Of a stretch of DNA of 64,000 bases, positions 13,318 through 24,784 are shown piece after piece; position 1 is the first letter of the stretch; each line of letters opens with the position of its first letter. The position numbers and the translations under genes are program-made. Location: NCBI GenBank assembly GCA_951406725.2, contig OX597814.1:135656001-135720000 (forward strand), given 5' to 3'. Origin of the DNA: Octopus vulgaris (lineage: Eukaryota). The notes below the pieces were generated by a model, which had not been told where the DNA came from, searched no databases, and was given only the letters and a program-made list of their open reading frames with translations.

Positions 13318-13434
13318 AAGATTTGGCTGCTATTTCTAGCATGCCCTGATACCACGTAACAACTATTTGCAATAAAGGACCTGAAATACCTGTTATGTGG
13401 TAGCAGGGCATGCAAGAAATAGCAACCAAATCTT
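13318..13434. repeat. 44-bp inverted repeat hairpin (29-nt loop)
   Basis: aagatttggctgctatttctagcatgccctgataccacgtaaca vs tgttatgtggtagcagggcatgcaagaaatagcaaccaaatctt, 4 mismatches. Confidence 0.85.
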
Positions 13435-13643
13435 TCCTTTTCTGGAGAAAGGAGCCGTTTATGCGTGATTTCAAAGTCACATTCGTTGAAAACATCCGAA
13501 ATAACCTGGAAAAGGAAAAAAAAAAACAGGAAACAAAATTCTGCTGCTGGGAAACTCAGACTTTCCAGGCAACTCAACAGGTCACAGGTAGTCTAGTGTG
13601 TATATGTATATATGTATGAATATATACATCACACACACATTTA

Positions 13644-14110
13644 TATACCATGAAATGGGGTTACTTTAAACACGGGTAATTTCCTTCAGCTAAATGGGTT
13701 AATTCATTTTTAAAGCGAAACAAATCCCGATTAGTATCATGCCTGTGCCAAAATATCAAAAGATCCAGAGCATGTTTAAGTGCTACAAAAGTATCCGTGT
13801 ACTTCCAGCACTTAAAAGTGTCTCTTACAGTTAATAGAAAACTTATCCCTCCAAATAACATATTCAACTTTGGAACATAAGTAAAAAAAATATCATTGTC
13901 CAAAGTAACCCCAAATCAGGGGTGAACAGGGACAATTGTATAAAAAAAGTAATCAAATATTGACTGCAACTTATTTTTATTTCATATATCAGTGTATCTA
14001 TTTAGTCCCTCTAACATAGTCAAATTTAGTTAAGATTGGAAAAAAAAGGTGATGAAATTATTGCAAGAAGAAGTCTAAGACTGTTTGAAGTAACCCCGTA
14101 TCAGGGCATA
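13644..14110. mobile_element. Tc1/mariner-pogo-type MITE (TA-flanked)
   Basis: TIR tataccatgaaatggggttactttaaaca / tgtttgaagtaaccccgtatcagggcata; inserted into a (CA/TA)n tract. Confidence 0.75.
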
Positions 14111-14475
14111 CATACACTCACACACACACATACATAGATACATACAGACACACACATTTACAATCATTCATATATTTCCACACACACATTTATATATTTT
14201 TATATATTTACACACACGTTCATATATTTACACACATAGACACATACTCACATTCATATATTTACACACACATATACACATACATATATTTACACACACA
14301 TATACACATACATATATATTCAATACACACACACACACATATAAACATGTACACAAACACGGATAAATAAATACATATCAAAACACTCCAAGACAGAAAG
14401 AGAAACCTGTGTACATAAAACACATGTAAAATAAACAAGATTTTGCTGATTACATACATTAGTTGTATTACTTAC

Positions 14476-14724
14476 TGCACATGACACAGCAAGGATGGGC
14501 TGAGCAGTTTAGGGTAGGTAGTCCAGGGAAAGATTTAAATACATCCTTATTCACATGGTGAACTACATTAAATGTCTTGATTTCTTATCAACCATCGGAA
14601 AGCGAAGACACTTTTCTAATAAGGAACATTGATATCAGACTCAAAGGTGAGCATCAAAGAACAATTAATGCCACAATGTTGTTAGAAAATGGACTTTCAC
14701 AAGGGGTTTGAAAGTTCAGAAAAC
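14476..14724 (-). ncRNA. Candidate non-coding exon (lncRNA or 5'UTR)
   Basis: Minus-strand acceptor tttcctgtttttgttgtcgtattag|G and donor GCA|gtaagt; stops in all three frames; non-repeat sequence. Confidence 0.35.
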
Positions 14725-14871
14725 CTAATACGACAACAAAAACAGGAAAATAAATAAATGAATTTATATAAGTATTTGAAGTGAGAATGAATTTATATAA
14801 TTTATATATGAACACTGACTGAATATCTGAATATTATATCATATATACATATACCTTAGAGCTCTCTCATT

Positions 14872-14928
<57 letters not shown>

Positions 14929-16844
14929 GTGAGAGAGGAATGAGGGAGAGCTATTGTGTGTGTGTGTGTGTGTGTACAAGATATTTTCAGTTACTAAGTG
15001 TGTATATATAAAATAAATGTAATTACAAAGTGTGTGTGTGTGTGTGTGTGTATATAAAATCATCATTTAACGTCTGTTGTCCATGCTGCCATGGGTTTGA
15101 TGGTTTGACCAGAGCTGGTAAGCTGCACCAGACTCCAGTCTGATTTGGCAAGGTTTCAACAGTTGGATGCCCTTCTTAATGCCAACCACTTTACAGAATG
15201 TGCTGGGTGCATTATCCATATATATATATATATATATATATACATACATACATACATACATACACACAATGTTACTTTTCTCTTTCTACCCCCATCCCAG
15301 AACCACTTCCATTCCTCATTTTCCCCCAGCCATGCTCCCTTCTCCAATTGAGGTGTCCTTGTATCTGTTCTACAGCAAGACATATATCCCACTTCTTTTA
15401 TTTAACCTCTCATCAACTGGCACAAAGCCACCTCCCTCAATACTATTTATCCCAGTCAAGGAGACATTGCCTTGTCATGCAAGTTATTTGGTGACCCTGC
15501 TGGTGATAGTGGTACAAAGAAAAAGAAAGGTACCTGTAAAGTAGTTGGTGCTGGGAAGTGCATCCACCTGTAGAAACCATGCCAAAGAAGTCAGAACAGT
15601 GCCATCTTCTGGTTTGTCAGCTCTTGTTAAACTATACAACCCATGCCAGCATGGAAAACATGTTAAATAATGATGATGATGAGATATATATCATCATTTA
15701 AAGTCCGTTTTCCATGCTGGCATGGGTTGGACACTTGACAAAAGCTGATAAGCCAGCTATCAGGCCGATATGCCCTTGAACTGAATGCTAGTCTGGCACA
15801 GGGTCAGCCATTGACAGCTGAGTGGACTAGAGCAACATGAAAGGAAAGGGTTTGTTAAAGAACAACACTGGTCTGGGAATCGAAACCACGATCTTGCAAT
15901 CATGTCTACAACACCCTAATTGCAAAACCAAGCACCTCCACACACACGTGTGTGTGTGGTGTATACACATACATATGCATGCATACATGGTAAAAATGTC
16001 AGTTTCTATAGCTTCAGGTTGAACCAGTTCATGGATTGCCCCTCATTCAAAAAGTACAGCCTTGTCACAAACTGTCCCACGGATTCTGCCTGAGAATTAC
16101 ATTAAGGATACACTCGTATGGATGCTCAATCACATGTTATTTCAGGAGCAGATTACTCAACTGATCCTTGTCGTCAAACAATGATGATCCATGTATCCAT
16201 CCATATAGACTTTTAATATAGTTTTGCATGCTGATGCCAAATATCACAGTAATTATTTTGAAAAATCTATAACAAAGTTAGAAGCATTTAGAGTTATGTA
16301 TTTTTATCCAATGAAATTTAGACCGTTGACCTCACAGTGGAAGTCAAAACTTTGTTGTTGTGGCAACTCTGTTTCATTAATTATTCATTTGAACATGAAC
16401 CTGTGAGTTGCCATTCTTTTGAAAAAATTTTGTTTCTTTTCTGCTTGGCTGTACTTTTAAAATTTTTTAATTAAGTGAAAATTTTGAAATATGGTGTATT
16501 AATATAATTTTCGTGCTGAATCTCAAGACCTAATTCATTTGTTTCGGAAAGTGTTTTAAAAAAATACAGAGGTTTAAAGTTTGATAATTTTTACAGAGTC
16601 AGAAAACAAGATTTGAAAGCTGCCATTTTGCGCATGACTGCACATTTTAATATCTAACTGCAAACAAATGAAATATTGGCGGAATTTTGCTTTATGTACG
16701 CCATATAATTCCTCATAACTTTGTTTTGGAATTTTCAGAAAATTTTTGCTAATTTGTGTTTTACACATGGGAATTCATATGATTATGCGAAAACTGAAAA
16801 ATATAATTTGGTGCGTGATTCAAGGCCTATTTAGCTATTAATTT

Positions 16845-17006
16845 TAGACGTAGACATGGCTTTGTGGTAAGAAGCTTGCTTCCCAACCACATGGTACCAG
16901 GTTCAATTCCACTGCATGGCACCTTGGGCAACTGTCTTCTAATAAAGCCTTGGGCTGACCAAAGCCTTGTGAGTGAATTTGGTAGACAGAAACTGAAAGA
17001 AGTCTG

Positions 17007-17065
<59 letters not shown>

Positions 17066-17260
17066 TGTGTGTGTATCCCCCACCACCATCGCTTGACAAC
17101 CGATGTTGGTGTGTTTATGTCCCTGTAACTTAGCGGTTCAGCAAAAGAGACCGATAAAATATGTACTAGGCTTACAAAGAATAAGTGCTGGCATCGATTT
17201 ATTCAAATAAAGATGGTGCTCCAGCATGGCCACAGTCAAATGACAAGTAAATGAATGAAA
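16845..17260 (+). mobile_element. SINE family B, full length, with internal (TA)n at ~17009-17062
   Basis: gtggtaagaagcttgcttcccaaccacatgg head; tail ggtgctccagcatggccacagtcaaatgac. Confidence 0.85.
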
Positions 17261-18072
17261 AATATCACCACCTCTTCATTCCTTGTGTTTTAAGCATTTA
17301 ATAAGCATAAAATGACCAAGTGGCTTGACAGGACAGCAACATAGGAGTAAGCAACTTGGCTTGTTACAATGGAAACAAGCACCTATATGTCTGTGGCTTT
17401 CGATTGACTAAAATCACCCAAAATTTGCCAACTTTAATGGCCATTAACTTTTTATTCATGGCAGAAATTAATTTTAAGTTAATAATTACTATACGAAACT
17501 ACTTCAATACACCAAATATGAACTCAATTGGAACAAAATTGAAGAAATTGAACAGAAAAGATTCATTCCCTTTACAAAGAGTTCTTCAAGAAAAAGACCC
17601 CTTAAGACATTCAGGTGAATAGCAAAACAGCACTCCATACAATATCCTCACTAGCAGATTGCATGGGTAAAGAAATCTAAAATTATTTACTGAATCCAGA
17701 CAATATTCTATACAATTTGTAGATCCTGAGAAAAGTACTGATTATGAGTTTTGTACATTTGTCATAGAGTACGAAAGTAAACAAATGTAGGTGATGGTAT
17801 TACATTTTTTAAATAGTAACAATTATTTCAATAATCAGTAGAACTTTGTGCATCAATCAACATTTTTAGCTACACATACAAATTATTTAAATCCATATGA
17901 TATAAATGAAAATTCCACTCATTTCTTCTGATTAGTTTACAAAAGATAGTACCAAAGTAGGTACTGGATTTCATAGAAGAAATTAATCTATTAAATATAA
18001 TAAGGAAGGAAAGATAGAGAAAACCAGGAAATGAATCATAGATAGCAGGTTGTTACACTATCGGAAACTTAC

Positions 18073-18439
18073 TCTAGGAGACAGGCTGGTGGTATGGCAT
18101 AATATATGTTTATGTAGTCACTCTTTGTTCCAAGTTAACCTTTATTGAGGTTCAATGTAAAATATGGAATGAAAATCAAATCCATTTAAAGTAAATGTTC
18201 TCTAAATGATCCTTCATATCTACAAACACATTTTCACATATCCATCACATCATTAAATCCTGAAGGATAACGTTCCTTAATAGGGAAGTTATGATAGCCC
18301 TAACCAAATTAGAGAGACTGTTTTAGTAGTTTCCCAACACTAAGTCTATTGTAAAGAGCCAAAACCATAAGACAATGACAAGCCAAGAACAAATTAGTTT
18401 TTGCCATAATAGTGCTGGGTGCCTTCCATGCTATGCTGC
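18073..18439 (-). ncRNA. Candidate non-coding exon
   Basis: Minus-strand acceptor atttctttaaag|G and donor AGA|gtaagt; no through-going ORF. Confidence 0.3.
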
Positions 18440-18927
18440 CTTTAAAGAAATCATAAAGCATCACAAACATACACAAACACTAAATTAGATCTAAGGTTTT
18501 AGAACAGTTAGTAGGGTCCCTTCAATTATATATGCTATTAACGATATTATCTAAAAATTCATTATTCATTGAATTAGTATTATTTCAATACACACAAAAA
18601 TACATGCATAACTTTATACACAAATTTGAGAACAGCCGCTTATTACTGGTATTAAACTAATGGTTATTAAGATGACAAATACCAATCCTTCTACACACTG
18701 CCCTCACTAAACGAATTAGTGAAAATGTTTTGCATATGTCACGAGGTGTAATTACCGATGTCATGAGGGTAATAGGTGCGAGATGCTGGTGGTTGAGTTG
18801 GGTTCTGGCTGCATATAATGAATGCATAACACCCATGAACAATTAATTTTAATTCACTGCACAAATATTTTCCACATTGGTCTTGAATTAAAAATGCGAC
18901 CAAGTTAACACACGGAAAGGACAATTC

Positions 18928-19195
18928 TGTAGTTATTACAAATAGTTAAGAAAACTCTATAAAGAAACTGTTACTATGAGATAAATAGTCACATTGGTTG
19001 AGTAAAGAGTCACTAAAACGACTGGTGAGAGCAGCAAAACAAGAATGTACTAAGCTTAGCTGTGGGCGCCCAAGGCATGCCTATTTATAAGCCTTGTAGG
19101 GGAATGTTCTAGAGACTTCTAGAAAGATCCATCACATGAGGCCTCAATGCTGATTGGTGTATAACTCAGCCAATCACATGAAAAAGCTGTTACTA
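18928..19195. mobile_element. Probable solo LTR (same family as 47523-47741)
   Basis: Starts tgtag; ttgtaggggaatgttctagag...ctgattggtgtataactcagccaatcacatgaa is homologous to 47587-47680. Confidence 0.5.
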
Positions 19196-19624
19196 AGCTG
19201 TGGTTTTAACTTGGCAATTTGTTGATCCAGTTTCAAATCTGCTACATACACCAACCCCTCTTTTTTAACCAAAAGACGAGAGTTTGCATTCATATTCTTC
19301 AGTGTTTTGCAAGTTAAAGTTTGAAAAAGAATCTTTATTTCATTAAAAAACAATTTGTCCACCCCTTTTCAGTCTTCTCAGCTTGAGGTAGAGGCTGCCC
19401 ACTTCCTTATGGGTACTGTATTAATGAAAATTTTCTCAAATCAAGTTAATAAAACTACGCTACAAGTAGCTTATACTTTTCAAAAAGGTGCACAAAGCTA
19501 ATACCATTTCATTTTATAAGGGTTCATTTGCTATTTTAAAATATATTTCTTTTAACCCAACTGAATAGCTTTATCAAATTATCAAGTAAATTAGAACCGA
19601 CCTATCGGTAATCCTGTGAGTGAG

Positions 19625-21359
19625 TGTTGTGATTTTTGTTTTGATCACGTGATTTTGTCTTGATTGCTGTTATATGCCTACAGTGCAACTGCGCATAGTT
19701 CTGTTCTGTTTGCAGCGCAACATATTCAGTGTTGGTTTTTAGTTAGTCGAGACTGAAGCAACTCGCTGCATAAAACTTATTGCGTTGAAGTTTGGTTTTG
19801 CTTACAATTTAGCAATCTTTGTTTGTATTGAAGATTAGTGCATTTTTAGTTGATTAAAATTTTATAAACTTTGATATTCCAGTTTGGGTTTATAACAATT
19901 TAATCGACTAAATATAGCTAGAGAGAATGGATAGCAAATTTATAAAACCAAATTTGTTCACCGCTGATCCAAGTTCAAGTCAAGCTTCAAAAGAATGGAA
20001 ATATTGGTTCAGAACTTTAAAAACTTTTTTAGAATCATTTCCTGCTGAACCGCCTATCATGGATGAAAGCAAACTTAGGTGTTTAATAGGGCACATAATT
20101 AAATCTACTCAAGCTTTTGAAAGATTGAGCATTGATTTTAAAGGACCCCTACCTTCAGTGTCAAAGAACCATTATTTCTTTAACTGTTGTGGATGAGTAT
20201 TCACGTTTTTCGTTAATTTTTCCATGTACTGATATTAGTGCTCATTCCATTATTAGTAATTTGAAGGTTTTGTTTCATCTTTTTGGATTTCCTGCTGTTA
20301 CTCATAGTGATAATGCTAAATGTTTTGTATCCAAAGAAAGACAATTTCTGTATGATAGGGGCATAGCGATTACTCATTCTACTGTGTACAATCCTCGTGG
20401 AAATGCTCAATGTGAAAGGCATAATGGAGTAATATGGAATTCCATTAAATTTAACAGTTTCTCAATGGGAAGTTGTGCTTCCAGAAGTTTTACATTCGCA
20501 ACGTTCATTATTATGCACGGCAACTAATGAGACCCCACATGAGAGATTCTTTAAATTTCCCAGACGTTCTATGTGTGGTGTTTCCGTTCCTACTTGGTTA
20601 ATGCAAGGACCTGACAAAGTGTTTGTTAAACATGTACGCAATAAGTATGATCCTTTAGTAGATGAAGCCCAATTGGTACAAATTAACCCTAACCACAGGA
20701 GGGTGCAGTACCCAGATGGATGTGAAAGTAGTGTGTCTATTAGAGATTTAGCTCCTACTGGCAAAACGACTGAGGAGTATCAGTCAAGTAAGGATCAAAC
20801 TGATGTTGCTGACACTGATCCTACTCAAGTGCATGAACACTGCGGTGGTTTTTCTGATACCATGATCAATTTTGTCCCACCTACACCAGCTCAAGAACCA
20901 GAACCTCAACCTACTTTGCACTGGCGTTCATCCAGAATGAAAAAAGTTCCCGATAGGTTAAATTTATGATTGATGATGTGTTATGCTTATGAAATGCCTT
21001 GTTATTACGTTGTTGTGATTAGCTCACGGATATGTTTATATTTTGCATTTTGTTGGTTAATTGTTCTTTTTCTTCAGAGGGGGAAAATGTTGTGATTTTA
21101 GTTTTGATCACGTTTGTCTCAATTGCTGTTATATGCCTGCAGTGCGACTGCACAGAGTTCTGTTCTGTTCATGGCACAACAGTGTTCAGTATTGGCTTTT
21201 AGTAAGTCGAGACTGTAGCAACTCACTGCATAAAACTGTTATTGCGTTGAAGTTTGGTTTTGCTTACAATTTAGCAATCTTTGTTTGCATTGTAGATTGC
21301 TGCATTTTTAGTCAGTTAAAACCTTTTAAACTTTGATATTCCTGTTTGGGTTTACAACA
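19625..21359 (+). mobile_element. Internally deleted Ty3/Gypsy (Mag-like) LTR retrotransposon
   Basis: LTRs 19625-19897 and 21088-21359 (TGT...ACA), perfect 5-bp TSD GTGAG, polypurine tract agagggggaaaa before the 3' LTR. Confidence 0.93.
19927..20969 (+). pseudogene. Gag N-terminus fused to integrase (frameshifted); no protease, RT or RNase H
   Basis: MDSKFIKPNLFTADPSSSQASKEWKYWFRT (gag) runs in frame into GHIIKSTQAFERLSIDFKGPLP; then VVDEYSRF, HSDNA, YNPRGNAQCERHNG, RSLLCTATNETPHERF. Confidence 0.88.
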
Positions 21360-22285
21360 GTGAGAAAAAGAGATTTTTCAAGTTACTTTCTCACACAATC
21401 CGCTTCTTTCAAAACATTTGAGATCATTTCCTGGTACCTGTGTAAACGAAAGTATTCGCCATTCAGAAACAAGTTTTCTCCAGGTCAAAAACGTGTTTCT
21501 CTGTAGGAAACAATCGAAAGCTTTATGAAATTCAATATAAATTATAAAGACATTTAAATAATTGTTCAATGCAACCAACAAGTTCAACAGTATCGCCACT
21601 ATTCCCAAACTAAGCTAGAATTTTAATACAACTGTAGCAGAAGAGATTTACGCTGTCATGAATGTGAGATGTTTTCGTTTTGAGCTGTCTACGCTTAAAT
21701 ACCCGGATATCAGCTCCACACTCCTTTTCATTCCAGCAAGTCACATGAACTTATGATTAAACGAGCTTGTTGTTTGTATTGGTCGGTTTCCAGCCATCCA
21801 ATCGTGTTGGTGCAACAGTTTGTTTTTCCTGACACGGGAAATTAATCACCAGTTCCAGGAGTCTACTGATCTCCTTAAGAATGGCAATTCTTGACTACGC
21901 TTTGTCTTTGGCACACGCAACTCGTCTCAATGATGTATCTAACACCAGCCAGTCTACGCTTTCATCCACACCAGACACCTGCCTACGTCGTTGCTGTATG
22001 AACATCACACAACAGACCATAAACAATTCAACAGTCCAGCCTAACCACGAAGTCTCTCACACACTTTGTAGTAACCTGTTATAGTCATTTTATTTCATGT
22101 ATGGCAAATTATTGTATTTTAGTAAAGGAGAATAAATCGTCGCTTACCAGTTCATTTTCTTCTCAAGTCGTATATCATTTTCACATTCTTATTACCCATC
22201 TCCGTTGTACAACATTGTGCATATTTCGCGGCAGCATTTCTTATCACTCGAATACTATTACTTCTACGGTATGTCATACGGCAAA

Positions 22286-22495
22286 GGTGGCGAGCTGGCA
22301 GAAACGTTAGCACGCCGGGCGTAGCCGTATTTCGTCTACCGTTACGTTCTGAGTTCAAATTCCGCCGAGGTCGACTTTGCCTTTCGATAAATTAAGTACC
22401 AGTTATGCACTGGAGTCGATATAATCGACTTAATCCGTTTGTCTGTCCTTGTTTGTCCTCTCTGTGTTTAGCCCCTTGTGAGTAGTAAAGAAATA
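22286..22495 (+). mobile_element. SINE family A, young copy with 18-bp TSD
   Basis: TSD ggtatgtcatacggcaaa at 22268-22285 and 22496-22513. Confidence 0.92.
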
Positions 22496-23015
22496 GGTAT
22501 GTCATACGGCAAATACTACACGAGATCGATGACAATCACAAAAGAATAAATGTAACTGTTTGTAACAACAATTTTTTGCGATAAACCTTTGATGTATCTT
22601 CAGAAGTACCCACCCACATGATCCAGGTCTTCGAGGAGTTTAATACTCCAAACTCAACAAGGACGAAGTTGAATGCAATGAAGACCATATTTTTGCAAGA
22701 ATTTGTCTCGCCTATTTGTTGTTTATCGTTTTCTTTTCTGCTATTATTCAATACACTCGAGTAGTGAATAGCTTTGTTTCTGTTAATTATGAATATACGT
22801 AAAATATTTGGAGATCAAAGCCACACAAAAATATCAATACTTTTAAGTGAAAGCAAGAATGGTTTATCGATAATGAGATTGAGAACGCAGTGTAAGGTCA
22901 GAATTTGATGATCCCGCCTTAATGCTGATTTTCTTTGACCACGTACCAACTTTATACTGGTAATGGTAGCATACATTCTTCTATTATTAATCTCTTATTG
23001 ATTAAATTGAACCTT

Positions 23016-23248
23016 ATTTATTTCCTTACTGCCCACAAGGGGCTAAACACAGAGGAGACAACAAGGACAGACAAAGGGATTAAGTCGATTACATCGACCC
23101 CAGTGCGAAATTGGTACTTTATTTATTGACTCCGAAAGGATGAAAGGCAAAATCGACCTCGGCGGAATTTGAACTCAAAACGTAACGACAGACGAAATAC
23201 CGCTAAGCATTTCGCCCGGCGCGCTAACGTTTCTACCAGCTCACCGCC
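23016..23248 (-). mobile_element. SINE family A, young copy with 18-bp TSD
   Basis: TSD ttgattaaattgaacctt at 22998-23015 and 23256-23273. Confidence 0.9.
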
Positions 23249-23492
23249 TTCCTTTTTGATTAAATTGAACCTTGTTACCTCTACTCAAATGCCGATAACG
23301 TAACAATTGGGTTATTTATTCTGTTCACAAAATACATTACGATTATAGTTGTACCCATGGTTGTCTCTGGCCGATAGGCTGTGCACCAGTAGACGTTTCT
23401 ACCTAGGCACATTACAGCCTCAAAGCCTTAAAAAAAGTATTCAAAATTCAAAAGTAATTAACAGATCACACTGAATGTTTTCTTGTATCTAG

Positions 23493-24476
23493 AAATTTGT
23501 AATTCGTTTGTTTAACGTAGTTTAATTTTTCGAATTTTAACCAATCCTATGCTCTCTTTTGAGCTGAAATCATTTGCTGCGTTATCGATATTGATAAACA
23601 AACGAGGAGGGTTGTGTTGGCATGTGCTAGAAACAACAGCCATATCTCTTAAATCGATGAATTTCGTCGCCCAATAAAAATATTAACGATATTTTTTGAA
23701 TATTTTCTTTATTTTTTTTTTACCAAAAAGGCGTCTGCCATGGTTTTGAAGGGCCAAAAACAACAAAAACAAAACAATAATATGCTTAAATCGGTCTAGA
23801 GTGGGATATGAGGGTGCATGGAGTGTGGGTCGTATTGTAAAAATTTGCGAAATATTTTTTCATAAAAGGATGCCCCAGCTTGTCAGAGGCTGTGATATAA
23901 ATTGGGAAAAAAATCCTCGACACCAGTGCGTAATTGGTACTTAATTTATCGACCCCGAAACGATGAAACACCGATCCCCCATTTCTGGTTTATTTACCTT
24001 TTGTGTAAATTTGTTTCGGCAAGGGGCTCTATCGACACCAGTGCGTGCGTGCGTAACTGGTACTTAATTTATCCCTAACCCTAAACCTTAACCCCTAACC
24101 CTAACTCGTGACAGCCTTCCGGCATCGGTCGCTAGCTTTGGTTAGGTTTAGGATTGGGGGTTAGGTTCAGGGTTAGGGGTTAGGGTTAGGGATAAATTAA
24201 GTACCAGTTAAGTACTGGGGCCGGTCTAAACAACGGCAGTAATTCGTTATCGATATTGATAAATAAACATGAATATACTAATAATCGTAAAGAAAAAAAA
24301 TCCCACTGTGGGGCCGGTAGGTTAGCCTGATATCGAACTCACGAACGCTACATTACGAACAAAACGAATGTTGTCTCAGCTTTTAGACGCAGCAAATAAT
24401 TTCAGCTCAAAAGAGAGCATAGGATTGGTTAAAATTCGAAAAATTAAACTACGTTAAACAAACGAATTACAAATTT
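23493..24476. mobile_element. Fold-back element with 90-bp inverted arms
   Basis: 23493-23582 vs 24387-24476: one mismatch. Confidence 0.85.
24030..24223. repeat. Palindrome: SINE-A core + (CCCTAA)n - spacer - (TTAGGG)n + SINE-A core
   Basis: taactggtacttaatttatccctaacccta... and ...tagggttagggataaattaagtaccagtta. Confidence 0.85.
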
Positions 24477-24784
24477 ATCAAAAAGCCAAGTGAAAATAAT
24501 GTTTTCTTTTGATACATTCTACCAGTATACGAAGTTTTAAAGTGTTTAGTTAACTAGAAATTGTGTTGAAATCTGGCTATCAAAAGGAAAAGATCGTATT
24601 TGATTGGTTGAAATTGCAGAAATTGAAGGAAAAAAAAAAACATATCTTACAAACTATAGAATTTTCTCAATAAAGCCAAGAGAAAAAGATATTTTATAAA
24701 CACATTCTACCAGTATACGAAGTTTAAAATTTTTTAGTTACCTAGAAATTATGTTAAAAACTGCCGTTCAAACCGAAAAGATCC
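24477..24784. mobile_element. Two tandem right-end fragments of the GGATC-TIR MITE family
   Basis: acattctaccagtatacgaagttt occurs twice; ends ...aaaggaaaagatc and ...ctgccgttcaaaccgaaaagatcc. Confidence 0.75.

Larger units (their letters stand above)
18690..21650 (-). pseudogene. Very old CR1-like RT remnant, split by a solo LTR and an LTR element
   Basis: ALNNYLNVFIIYIEFHKAFD (~VDVIYLDFSKAFD) at 21378-21608; KKEGLVYVADLKLDQQIAK (~EKDLGV..DLK) at 19174-19362; RDICKTFSLIRLV near 18700. Confidence 0.5.

Noticed and set aside
16224-16840. Possible DNA-transposon relic (Kolobok-like gctgat.ccaaata motifs); also a pogo-like end at ~38110-38270
   Set aside because: Could not define both termini or a TSD from the sequence
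24073-24191. Ancestral telomere-telomere fusion site
   Set aside because: Orientation is CCCTAA then TTAGGG (the opposite of a fusion) and the tracts are short and inside a fold-back element
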